From positions 2,603 to 66,602 of the forward strand of contig QYQM01000022.1 of assembly GCA_007280905.1 (NCBI GenBank): 64,000 nt of DNA. The letters are read 5' to 3'. The notes below the pieces were generated by a model. That model was given only the letters and a program-made list of their open reading frames with translations. It ran no database searches and was not told the DNA's origin. How positions within the stretch are numbered: position 1 is the first letter of the stretch; every line of letters begins with the position of its first letter. This DNA comes from Porphyromonadaceae bacterium. GTDB lineage: Bacteria > Bacteroidota > Bacteroidia > Bacteroidales > UBA12481. This document shows positions 1 through 7,527 of this stretch, one piece after another. A program made the translations under genes and the position numbers.

Positions 1-2
1 AC

Positions 3-602
3 CTTCTGCTGATCCTGGCCGGAAAACGCGATAAAACACTCAAAGCCCTGGGTGAGTTGCGCCTTGAGATGGGACGTCAGCTTAACCTGATGGATAAGAA
101 TAAGTATATACCCCTCTGGGTAGTTGATTTTCCGCTTGTAGAATGGGATGAGGAAACCAAACGTTTCTATGCCATACACCATCCGTTCACCGCCCCGAAA
201 CCCGAACATATCCCGATGCTGGATATTGACCCAGGCAAAGTTCACGCAAACGCCTATGATTTAGTGATTAACGGTATCGAAATAGGAGGAGGATCAATCC
301 GTATTCACGACTCCGGACTCCAGAAGAAAATGTTTGAAGTACTCGGATTTACCGATGAACAGGCACAATACCGTTTCGGCTTCCTGATGAATGCTTTCAA
401 ATACGGCGCTCCACCACATGGCGGAATCGCTTTCGGTTTCGACCGCTGGGTATCTCTCTTTGCGGGCCTGAATTCCATCCGCGACGTGATCGCCTTCCCG
501 AAAAACAACCAGGGCCGCGACGTGATGCAGGACAGTCCCGGCATAATCGACGATGAGCAGCTGAAGGAGCTGGGGATCAGGATAGTGACGAGTGACAAAT
601 GA
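3..602 (+). CDS. aspS: aspartate--tRNA ligase, C-terminal fragment (5' end lies outside the window)
   Basis: Reading frame is open to the window edge. Motifs [19 protein letters not shown] and [14 protein letters not shown] match the class II aaRS motif 2/3 region of AspRS. Stop TGA at 600-602. Confidence 0.9.
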   Translation, partial: LLLILAGKRDKTLKALGELRLEMGRQLNLMDKNKYIPLWVVDFPLVEWDEETKRFYAIHHPFTAPKPEHIPMLDIDPGKVHANAYDLVINGIEIGGGSIRIHDSGLQKKMFEVLGFTDEQAQYRFGFLMNAFKYGAPPHGGIAFGFDRWVSLFAGLNSIRDVIAFPKNNQGRDVMQDSPGIIDDEQLKELGIRIVTSDK

Positions 603-611
603 CAAGTGACG
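584..611. repeat. tandem heptamer tract, 4 x AGTGACR (agtgacg agtgaca aatgaca agtgacg)
   Basis: Read directly. It spans the aspS stop codon and abuts the palindromic element. GATGACAAGTG recurs inside both element copies (664-674, 1251-1261). Confidence 0.6.
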
Positions 612-614
612 GGG

Positions 615-736
615 TCCTCGCTTAAACATCGGAGTAGCGTGAGGAGATCCCGGCCTTCGCCGGGATGACAAGTGCTCCGGCGAAATTTCGCAAAAGCGTT
701 GTCACCCCGGCGAAGGCCGGGGCCCCCTCACGCTGC
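615..736. repeat. REPIN-like palindromic repeat element, copy 1 (aspS-tadA spacer)
   Basis: A 117-bp unit (615-731) repeats at 1203-1319. Two inverted ~33-nt arms each hold a GC hairpin: cccggc-cttc-gccggg at 650-665 and ccccggc-gaag-gccgggg at 705-722. The arms are prefixed by GTAG (634-637) and GCAG (reverse complement of 733-736). The central palindrome is gcgaaatttcgc. Confidence 0.75.
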
Positions 737-767
737 ATTAAGTTCTGCTAACAAACAACATACCATT

Positions 768-1199
768 ATGGACGACACCTACTTCATGCATCAAGCCCTC
801 GCGGAAGCCCACAAGGCAGCCGATCGTGATGAGATTCCCGTGGGAGCAATAGTCGTTGCCGGTACCCGTATTATTGCCCGGGCTCATAACCTTACCGAAA
901 CCCTTCATGACGTGACTGCCCACGCCGAGATGCAAGCTTTTACCGCTGCAGCCAATACCCTCAACAGCAAGTATCTGGATGATTGCACTTTATATGTGAC
1001 TTTGGAGCCCTGCATCATGTGCGCAGGGGCCACCTTCTGGACCCAGATCGGAAGAATAGTTTACGGAACCCCCGATCCCAAACGAGGCTTCATGCAAAAC
1101 GGAGGAACCATTCTCCATCCCAAAACAACCGTCACCGGCGGCGTCTTAGAAGCTGAATGCAGAGAACTGCTGACGGCGTTCTTTAAGGGAAAACGGTAG
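768..1199 (+). CDS. tadA: tRNA-specific adenosine deaminase (CMP/dCMP deaminase zinc-binding family)
   Basis: Zinc motifs HAEMQA and PCIMCAG. The size fits TadA if translation starts at ATG 768. Codons 672-767 of the tracked ORF are translated repeat element. Confidence 0.85.
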   Translation: MDDTYFMHQALAEAHKAADRDEIPVGAIVVAGTRIIARAHNLTETLHDVTAHAEMQAFTAAANTLNSKYLDDCTLYVTLEPCIMCAGATFWTQIGRIVYGTPDPKRGFMQNGGTILHPKTTVTGGVLEAECRELLTAFFKGKR

Positions 1200-1202
1200 T
1201 GA

Positions 1203-1324
1203 TCCTCGCTTTAGCTTCGGAGCAGGGTGAGGAGATCCCGGCCTTCGCCGGGATGACAAGTGCCCCTACAAAATTTTGCAAAAGCGTTGTCACCCCGGCG
1301 AAGGCCGGGGCCCCCTCACCCTAC
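1203..1324. repeat. REPIN-like palindromic repeat element, copy 2 (tadA-aroB spacer)
   Basis: By manual alignment, 107 of 117 positions match copy 1. It has the same two hairpins (1237-1252, 1293-1310). GCAG lies at 1222-1225 and GTAG is the reverse complement of 1321-1324, which contains the aroB stop codon. Confidence 0.75.
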
Positions 1325-2379
1325 ACTGAGTTTTGCATCACCTCCCTTATCTCCTCTTCCGTAGCTTCCACATTCACCCGGCACTTCCCAATCCCTTCGA
1401 GCAAGGAGAAATTGATCCGGTTGTCGCGGTTCTTTTTATCGAATTTCATCCATTCAATCAGCACCTCCGTCTTTCTGATGGTATCGGGTAGATTTCCATA
1501 CAGACGGGTGATGGTATCGCGGATATCAGTGACCGATGCGGATGGCAGTCCCAGTTTGTTGTGCGAAAGGACCGCTTCCACGATCATCCCGTAAGCAACG
1601 GCATAGCCATGTGCAAGAGGATGACCGGAATGCATTGATTCGCTTTCGAGGGCATGACCGATGGTATGTCCGAAATTGAGAGATTTTCGGATGCCATGTT
1701 CCTCGTGGTCAGCCTCCACAACATCCTTCTTGATCTTCACCGATCTCCAGATTAACCGGCCCAGCCCTTCTTCAGAGTAATGATCTAAATTGAAATGTTT
1801 CAGATCCTGCCAGAACTCCGGATCGGCAATCAATCCTGCCTTCAGCATTTCGGCATAGCCCGACAGCAGGTTTTCGCGATCCAGAGTACGCAGAAAAGGA
1901 AGGTACAGAAAAACATGTTTCGGCTGCCTGATCACTCCAATTTCATTTTTCAGCCCGCGGAAATTTATTCCGGTTTTTCCGCCTGTGCTCGCATCAACCA
2001 TTGCCAGCACAGTGGTTGGTAAATTGATAAAGGTCAGCCCGCGCTTAAATGTACTCGCAATGAATCCCCCCAGATCAGTCAACATCCCGCCACCGATATT
2101 GATAACCAGTGAACTGCGGTCGGCCCCCTTACGTCCCAGAATTTCCCACGTTGCTAAAACTTGCTCGATGTTTTTATGCTCCTCACCCGGTTCCAGAACC
2201 AAAATGTTCAGTGCAGGTATCGGCCGGAAATCCCGGATCAACGGCCAGCAATGTTTCCAGGTGTTGGTTTCGAAAAACAGAAAAATCTTACCATCTGCAA
2301 ATCCGGCGGTGATATCCCGCAGATCCGACTTTAGATCGCGGGTCATACTCACTTCGTTGATACGGTAAACGGTATTCAT
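1321..2379 (-). CDS. aroB: 3-dehydroquinate synthase
   Basis: Motifs GGGMLTDLGGF, LPTTVLAMVDASTGGKTGINF and NFGHTIGHALE. Length is 352 aa. Confidence 0.9.
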   Translation of the reverse strand: MNTVYRINEVSMTRDLKSDLRDITAGFADGKIFLFFETNTWKHCWPLIRDFRPIPALNILVLEPGEEHKNIEQVLATWEILGRKGADRSSLVINIGGGMLTDLGGFIASTFKRGLTFINLPTTVLAMVDASTGGKTGINFRGLKNEIGVIRQPKHVFLYLPFLRTLDRENLLSGYAEMLKAGLIADPEFWQDLKHFNLDHYSEEGLGRLIWRSVKIKKDVVEADHEEHGIRKSLNFGHTIGHALESESMHSGHPLAHGYAVAYGMIVEAVLSHNKLGLPSASVTDIRDTITRLYGNLPDTIRKTEVLIEWMKFDKKNRDNRINFSLLEGIGKCRVNVEATEEEIREVMQNSV

Positions 2380-2442
2380 AGGTGAAAATCTGGCGAAAGG
2401 TAATTAAATAATCTACTACCTTTGGCGGCAAAACCTATAGGA

Positions 2443-3609
2443 ATGATTCAGTTTGATAATCTGGAGATCGCATTCCGGTATAAATCTGACCGGGAATTAA
2501 AGTTTGCTTATTGGCTTTTCAGAATGGTGGGTAATCCTAAAATCGTTCTGTTAGGTAAGAAAATCACCTGCCTGGCACTGAAACTTCACCTGCCCATTTC
2601 CTGGTTGATCAAACCGACAATCTATCGTCATTTTTGCGGAGGGGAAACCATCGAAGAGTGCATGAAGGTATCTCGCAATATGGAAAAATACGGGGTGAAA
2701 TGCATTCTCGACTATTCCGTTGAAGGCAAGGATTCCCCGGAAGATATACAGGCCGCGCTTGAAGAAACCCTGCGAACCATACGGAATGCCGGTAAAAACC
2801 GTAATATTCCTTTTACGGTATTCAAACCTACCGCTTTCACCCTCGAGCATATCCTCGAAAAAGGCAGTCTGAACGAATTAAACACCGATGAGGAAAAAGC
2901 CGAAGCCCAACGGTTTCGCGATAGGGTGAATACACTATGCAAAGCCGCATACGAAGAAAATGTTCCGATCATGGTGGATGCTGAGGATGTCCGCTTCCAA
3001 GTGATGATAGATCAGGTGGTTACCGGAATGATGGAGAAATACAATAAAGAAAAAGCCATCGTTTATAACACATTGCAGATGTATCGCACTGACCGGCTGG
3101 ATTTTCTGAAACAAGCCTGGCAGAAAGCAATCGATGGCAACTACTATCTTGGAATAAAATTTGTTCGGGGGGCATATATGGAACGGGAACGCGCACGTGC
3201 CTTAAAATATGGTTATCCCAGTCCGATTAATCCCGATAAGCCCACAACCGACAGCATGTACAATGACGGCCTTCGATTCACCGTTGATCACCTCGACCGG
3301 GTATCGGTTTTCAATGGCACACACAATGAAGATTCAAACCGCCTCCTCACCGAACTGATGGAACAGAAGGGCCTTGCTAAAAACGAACCTAAAATCTGGT
3401 TCAGCCAGCTGTTTGGTATGAGTGATCATGTCAGCTTCAATCTCGCCGCAGCCGGATACAATGTGGCTAAATACTTACCATACGGGCCGGTCAGGCATGT
3501 ACTTCCCTACCTCATCCGCCGCGCAGAAGAAAACACTGCTGTTGCCGGGCAGAGCAACAGGGAGCTGCAAATGGCAAGAGAAGAATATAGAAGACGAAAA
3601 GAACGTTAA
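2443..3609 (+). CDS. proline dehydrogenase (monofunctional PRODH family)
   Basis: Motifs MVDAEDVRFQ, KFVRGAYMERERA, FSQLFGMSDH and YLPYGPVRHVLPYLIRRAEENT. The tracked start at 2422 is TTG, and the first ATG is at 2443. Confidence 0.8.
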   Translation: MIQFDNLEIAFRYKSDRELKFAYWLFRMVGNPKIVLLGKKITCLALKLHLPISWLIKPTIYRHFCGGETIEECMKVSRNMEKYGVKCILDYSVEGKDSPEDIQAALEETLRTIRNAGKNRNIPFTVFKPTAFTLEHILEKGSLNELNTDEEKAEAQRFRDRVNTLCKAAYEENVPIMVDAEDVRFQVMIDQVVTGMMEKYNKEKAIVYNTLQMYRTDRLDFLKQAWQKAIDGNYYLGIKFVRGAYMERERARALKYGYPSPINPDKPTTDSMYNDGLRFTVDHLDRVSVFNGTHNEDSNRLLTELMEQKGLAKNEPKIWFSQLFGMSDHVSFNLAAAGYNVAKYLPYGPVRHVLPYLIRRAEENTAVAGQSNRELQMAREEYRRRKER

Positions 3610-3621
3610 GAACGATAAGAT

Positions 3622-4086
3622 ATGGAAATAGATAATAGCCGGAACGCTTCAATAGCTAAGATGATTCTGATCAGTGTACCTTTTGTACTGCTCCTGGGAA
3701 GCGGTTTACTGGCTATATTCCTTTTCATCCACACCTGGATACCGACAATCATTTCAGGGATCCTGGTGATTCTGGGCTGGAGCATAACTGTCATTCTGAA
3801 ACTTCTATCAGTCAAGTTCCATTTCAGCGATGACACTATATCGGTTCTTTATTACCCGATCAGTCCAATGACTTCTAATTTCAAACGAATCGATATCGCA
3901 TCATATAAGTTTTTAAAATATCAGATCAAAACTTCGTTGTTGGGATTGAGAAAGGATCTGATCCTGTATGAAAGCATAGGTGGAGAAGCTGCTTCCTATC
4001 CGCCCGTTACCATTACTCTTTGCGGGAAGGAAACCATCCGCAAAATTGAAGAATATTTATCTGCTTATTGTTCCAACGGAAAGTAG
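3622..4086 (+). CDS. hypothetical membrane protein: two N-terminal TM helices plus a ~85-aa soluble domain
   Basis: The ORF has two hydrophobic helices, followed by a beta-rich segment and a C-terminal helix. This topology resembles bacterial PH-like (DUF304-type) proteins, but that is not verified. Confidence 0.5.
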   Translation: MEIDNSRNASIAKMILISVPFVLLLGSGLLAIFLFIHTWIPTIISGILVILGWSITVILKLLSVKFHFSDDTISVLYYPISPMTSNFKRIDIASYKFLKYQIKTSLLGLRKDLILYESIGGEAASYPPVTITLCGKETIRKIEEYLSAYCSNGK

Positions 4087-4180
4087 TTGGTTAAAAAATA
4101 TTGAAAATTTAATCGCATTGTTGGTAAATCTTTCTTTTTCCCTAACTTTCGACAAATAATTGTCCTAATCTCTTTTAACC

Positions 4181-4618
4181 ATGAAAAAACTTTTAATTCT
4201 AGCCAGTATGCTGATCTTGATCGGTGTTGGCAAAAGCATGGCCGGTCAGGCCGATCTGTTTAGTTATGATGCCGTTACGATTGAAAACCAGATGGCTCAG
4301 CTGGATCAGCTCGAAGGATATGTCCTGGACAACCCGGGCATAACCCTTGGCCAGATGGCAACCGATGGCAATGCTCTTGCCTCAATGGTTAGTGACCCGA
4401 ATGGGATTAACGGATTCAACCTGATCAATGAAAAGGTGCTCGGCATTCCAAGTTTCCTCTGGGGATGCGTGTTCAGCTGGGTCGGTGTTCTGGTTGTTTA
4501 CCTGATGGGTCAGGATAAAGCAGAAACCAAATCGGCTATTATTGGTTGTGTTGTTGGAGCTGTAGCTTATTCCGCTTTTTATGGAGTTTACTACTTCGCA
4601 TTATCAGGTCTTCGTTAG
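4181..4618 (+). CDS. hypothetical exported/membrane protein
   Basis: Signal peptide MKKLLILASMLILIGVGKSMA and C-terminal hydrophobic helices. It is followed by an intrinsic terminator. Confidence 0.55.
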   Translation: MKKLLILASMLILIGVGKSMAGQADLFSYDAVTIENQMAQLDQLEGYVLDNPGITLGQMATDGNALASMVSDPNGINGFNLINEKVLGIPSFLWGCVFSWVGVLVVYLMGQDKAETKSAIIGCVVGAVAYSAFYGVYYFALSGLR

Positions 4619-4636
4619 CTGTTAACTTTTCACGGG

Positions 4637-4679
4637 CTGTCTCATAATAGCAGTATTGCTTTTATGAGACAGTTTTTTT
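4637..4679 (+). terminator. rho-independent terminator
   Basis: An 11-bp stem, ctgtctcataa (4637-4647) paired with ttatgagacag (4662-4672), is followed by T7. Confidence 0.65.
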
Positions 4680-4688
4680 AGTAAGGTT

Positions 4689-5387
4689 ATGAATTTCTCC
4701 CACCGTTCATTTACATTTTTACTTTTGGCTATCTGCCTTCCGCTTGCCATTTGCAAAGGGCAGCAGTATACCCGTATTCATGCTGATTTCAGCAATAAAA
4801 TTAAAACCGCATCGGGTGGACAATCGCTTACCATGGGACAGGTTTTTTATGACAGGAATATCAAACAGCTCATTTATTATGTGACTTTCCCGGAGAAAGA
4901 AACCTGGGTAACTTCCGACACTGTAGTGTATCAGATTAAGGATGATAAACTGATCAGTAAAACAGCCACTTTTTCAATGGCCGAATTCACGGTTTTTCAT
5001 CTCGCACTCAATAGTCATTTGCAGGATTTCGGGCTAAAAAACACACGTTATATAGCTGGGGATGTACAACGTGAAGGTGATCTTGTCATTACCACCTGGG
5101 CACCTCCGGAAAAAGCAAGTGAAAAACTGGGAAATATCCTGGTTTCGGTTAAAAGCAAGCAACTTTTCGGGGTCATTTTCCAGGATCCGCAAGGGGTCAT
5201 TATTCGAAAACAATTTTTCGAAGATTACCAATTGATTAACGGTCTGGCTTTCCCGGGAAAAATTATCGAAATTAATATCAGCAATGGCATCGAAAGCTAC
5301 CAGGTAACATCCTATAAAAACGTTGTGGTTGATGAAATGGAAAACGATAGCAAGTATTTTTATAATACTTCCGGCCTTCGCCTGTAA
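4689..5387 (+). CDS. hypothetical secreted protein, possibly LolA-like fold
   Basis: Signal peptide ending LAICKGQ. The beta-rich pattern ADFSNKIKT...GQVFYDR...YYVTFPEKETWV resembles lipoprotein-carrier-like proteins. This is a weak, unverified assignment. Confidence 0.45.
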   Translation: MNFSHRSFTFLLLAICLPLAICKGQQYTRIHADFSNKIKTASGGQSLTMGQVFYDRNIKQLIYYVTFPEKETWVTSDTVVYQIKDDKLISKTATFSMAEFTVFHLALNSHLQDFGLKNTRYIAGDVQREGDLVITTWAPPEKASEKLGNILVSVKSKQLFGVIFQDPQGVIIRKQFFEDYQLINGLAFPGKIIEINISNGIESYQVTSYKNVVVDEMENDSKYFYNTSGLRL

Positions 5388-5739
5388 CCTTCATTCACAA
5401 ACACCGGATGAGGTGAGAAGTTTCAGTAAACTGTTTAAGCCAGATGAAAACAAGCCCGATTATTCCCTGAAAATTGATCCTGGCAACGAATTCAAGTTGG
5501 TTCTGACCAGCGGATTCGCCTTTTACAAAACCTTTGTTTCATCCCAGGACGGGGTAAAATGCACCTTTTATCCGAGTTGTTCCGTTTATGCGCTTAATAC
5601 AATTAAAACTAACAGCCTCATCGGCGTTCTTGACGCGATCGATCGCTTAACCCGATGCAATGGGATCAGTCCTGAGAAATACCACATCCATGAACCAAGC
5701 CAGCGATTTTATGACCCGGTTGAAAAGATTCGCCATTAG
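5332..5739 (+). CDS. YidD-like (membrane protein insertion efficiency factor family) protein with N-terminal signal/anchor extension
   Basis: Core YidD/DUF37 motif FYKTFVSSQDGVKCTFYPSCSVYALNTIK...AIDRLTRCN. The first ATG is at 5332 (5323 is TTG). It overlaps the upstream gene by 56 nt. Confidence 0.65.
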   Translation: MKWKTIASIFIILPAFACNLHSQTPDEVRSFSKLFKPDENKPDYSLKIDPGNEFKLVLTSGFAFYKTFVSSQDGVKCTFYPSCSVYALNTIKTNSLIGVLDAIDRLTRCNGISPEKYHIHEPSQRFYDPVEKIRH

Positions 5740-5740
5740 C

Positions 5741-6589
5741 ATGCGGTTTGGACGTATGTATGCGGGAATAAAGTTTGGACGCATTTATGCGTCCCTACTG
5801 TTGTTGCCAGCCAGTCTTACCGGTCAGAATATATACGACGGCCCGCATTCAAAAGAATTTGCCCAATACCTGATGCAAACCCACCAGTATCAGCTGGCCA
5901 ATTCAGAATGGGAACGGGTTCTTTTTTTCAGCCCGGGCGATACCCTGGCCCGGCTTGACCTGTTAAAATCTTACCGGCTCAGCCAAAAACCAGCTGAGGG
6001 CTGGCAGAAGTTAAGCCAATGGTACCCCGCCGGCTCATTATCACGCCCATTTTCGCTGGAAGCAATCCAACTTACTCTGATACAAGGGGATTACACATCT
6101 TTGCAATCAATCCTCGAACGGTCGGCCGGATTAAGCTCCACCGAAAAATCGAATTATAAACTGGGATCATGGCTTTTGGAAGGAAAATGGATCGACCAAC
6201 CCACGAAAACCCGGGAACCATCCTTTGATATTACCACCGCTGATGCCCGGCTCCTTGAGCTTTATACCAAAACAAAAAATGTTCACCGGAAAAGTCAGGC
6301 TGCATCTGTAGCTCTTTCAGCGGTGGTTCCCGGACTTGGGAAAATCTATTCGCACGACTGGAAGGACGGATTGCTGTCCCTTCTGTTTGTTGCCACCAAT
6401 ACCTGGCAATCTTACCGGGGTTTTTCAAAAAACGGCATCAGCAGTGTTACCGGATGGATTTTCGGCAGCCTGGCAGTTGGTTTCTATTCAGCTAACCTCT
6501 TTGGCTCCTGGAAATCGGCAAAAAGCTATAATTCAAAACAAGTCGATCTGATCAGGCATGAAACAGAAGGTATTCTTTTTACTCGTTAG
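5741..6589 (+). CDS. hypothetical helical-repeat protein with C-terminal PGLGKIYS membrane tail
   Basis: ATG 5741 lies 1 nt after the yidD-like stop. The C-terminus VVPGLGKIYSHDWKDGLLSLLFV is paralogous to the next gene. The start is uncertain because the 5' end carries repeat hairpins. Confidence 0.55.
   Translation: MRFGRMYAGIKFGRIYASLLLLPASLTGQNIYDGPHSKEFAQYLMQTHQYQLANSEWERVLFFSPGDTLARLDLLKSYRLSQKPAEGWQKLSQWYPAGSLSRPFSLEAIQLTLIQGDYTSLQSILERSAGLSSTEKSNYKLGSWLLEGKWIDQPTKTREPSFDITTADARLLELYTKTKNVHRKSQAASVALSAVVPGLGKIYSHDWKDGLLSLLFVATNTWQSYRGFSKNGISSVTGWIFGSLAVGFYSANLFGSWKSAKSYNSKQVDLIRHETEGILFTR
5746..5801. repeat. tandem pair of REP-like units; the second is a GTAG-prefixed hairpin (read on the minus strand)
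   Basis: gtttggacgtatgtatgcg (5746-5764) and gtttggacgcatttatgcg (5773-5791). The hairpin is ggacgc-atttat-gcgtcc (5778-5795), followed by ctac, which is GTAG on the minus strand. A related copy lies at 7627-7650. Confidence 0.6.
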
Positions 6590-7400
6590 CCTGATTTCTC
6601 TTGCGGCATACTCACCGGCTCAAACGGTGGGTGAAACACGCGCTTTTGCTGATAGTCTGTACACTGCAGGCCACCTGAATGAAGCTCTTCCGGCCTACCA
6701 AAGGACCGCCTTCTTTATCCGGCCCACGGTGGATGCTGAGGTTCTCAACCGTATTGCCGACTGTTTCTATTCCGGGGGCGATCTGGAAAAAGCACTGGAA
6801 TTTTACGATCACAGTTACTTTGCACAAACGAACGATAGCATTAAAAAAGAGGTTCTTTTCCGGAAATCTGCCTGTTACCTGAGAAGCCATAATTACAATT
6901 TTGCCCTGATGGAATTGCTCAGCCTGGAAGATAGTTTGAGTCCAGGCTTGGAAAAGAAACGCAATTTTTACCTGGGCATGACCTGGTTTGGGTTAGAGGA
7001 TTTCAGCAAAGCCGGAAGTTACTTCGAAAAGGCTGCCGAAGATTCAATGAGTCAGCAAAAGATCAAAGCGATATTTGCCGATATCAGGCATTTCTACCTT
7101 CCAAATCCGAAGCTGGCATCCTGGTTAAGCATTATCCTCCCGGGAGCCGGTCAGATCTATTCAGGAGAAATCTGGTCGGGCATCAATTCTCTTTTGCTCA
7201 CCGGGTTCTTTGTCGGCCTTGGATTCTATATTGTTTCCGTATCATCACCCGTGGATGCTCTCTTTACCGCATTGCCCTGGTTTCAGCGATATTACCAGGG
7301 AGGATTCCAGCACGCCGCCGATTTCGCGAAAAATAAACGGACAGAAAACCGAAGCAAGATTTTCAACGAGGTACTAGCTGTTATTGCATCGACCAAATGA
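6558..7400 (+). CDS. TPR-like exported protein with C-terminal PGAGQIYS membrane tail
   Basis: Signal peptide MKQKVFFLLVSLISLAAYSPAQ, TPR-like helices, and C-terminal LPGAGQIYSGEIWSGINSLLLTGFFVGLGFY. It overlaps the upstream paralogue by 32 nt. Confidence 0.65.
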   Translation: MKQKVFFLLVSLISLAAYSPAQTVGETRAFADSLYTAGHLNEALPAYQRTAFFIRPTVDAEVLNRIADCFYSGGDLEKALEFYDHSYFAQTNDSIKKEVLFRKSACYLRSHNYNFALMELLSLEDSLSPGLEKKRNFYLGMTWFGLEDFSKAGSYFEKAAEDSMSQQKIKAIFADIRHFYLPNPKLASWLSIILPGAGQIYSGEIWSGINSLLLTGFFVGLGFYIVSVSSPVDALFTALPWFQRYYQGGFQHAADFAKNKRTENRSKIFNEVLAVIASTK

Positions 7401-7413
7401 TTGCTCCCTTTAA

Positions 7414-7438
7414 AACCCTCAGACTGAAGTCTGGGGTT
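7414..7438. repeat. hairpin repeat aaccc(t)cagac-tgaa-gtctggggtt, copy A
   Basis: Read directly, 14 nt after the stop at 7400. The same core, cagactgaagtctgggg, recurs at 7566-7585. Confidence 0.6.
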
Positions 7439-7527
7439 AATGAAGAGTAATCTTCAACTTTGGATCATAAATTGCCAGGTTCCGTAATATATTCAAAATC
7501 TGCAACTTCGACAGTATATAAAAACTT

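Noticed and set aside
672-767. N-terminal 32-codon extension of the tadA ORF (MLRRNFAKALSPRRRPGPPH...)
   Set aside because: It is encoded entirely by repeat copy 1. The conserved deaminase sequence begins at ATG 768.
1199-1594. 131-aa ORF (MILALASEQGEEIPAFAGMTS...) on the plus strand
   Set aside because: Its first ~40 codons are a straight translation of the palindromic repeat (the same PAFAGMT-type peptide appears in the 672 ORF extension). The rest is antisense to the well-supported aroB gene. It is almost certainly not a gene.
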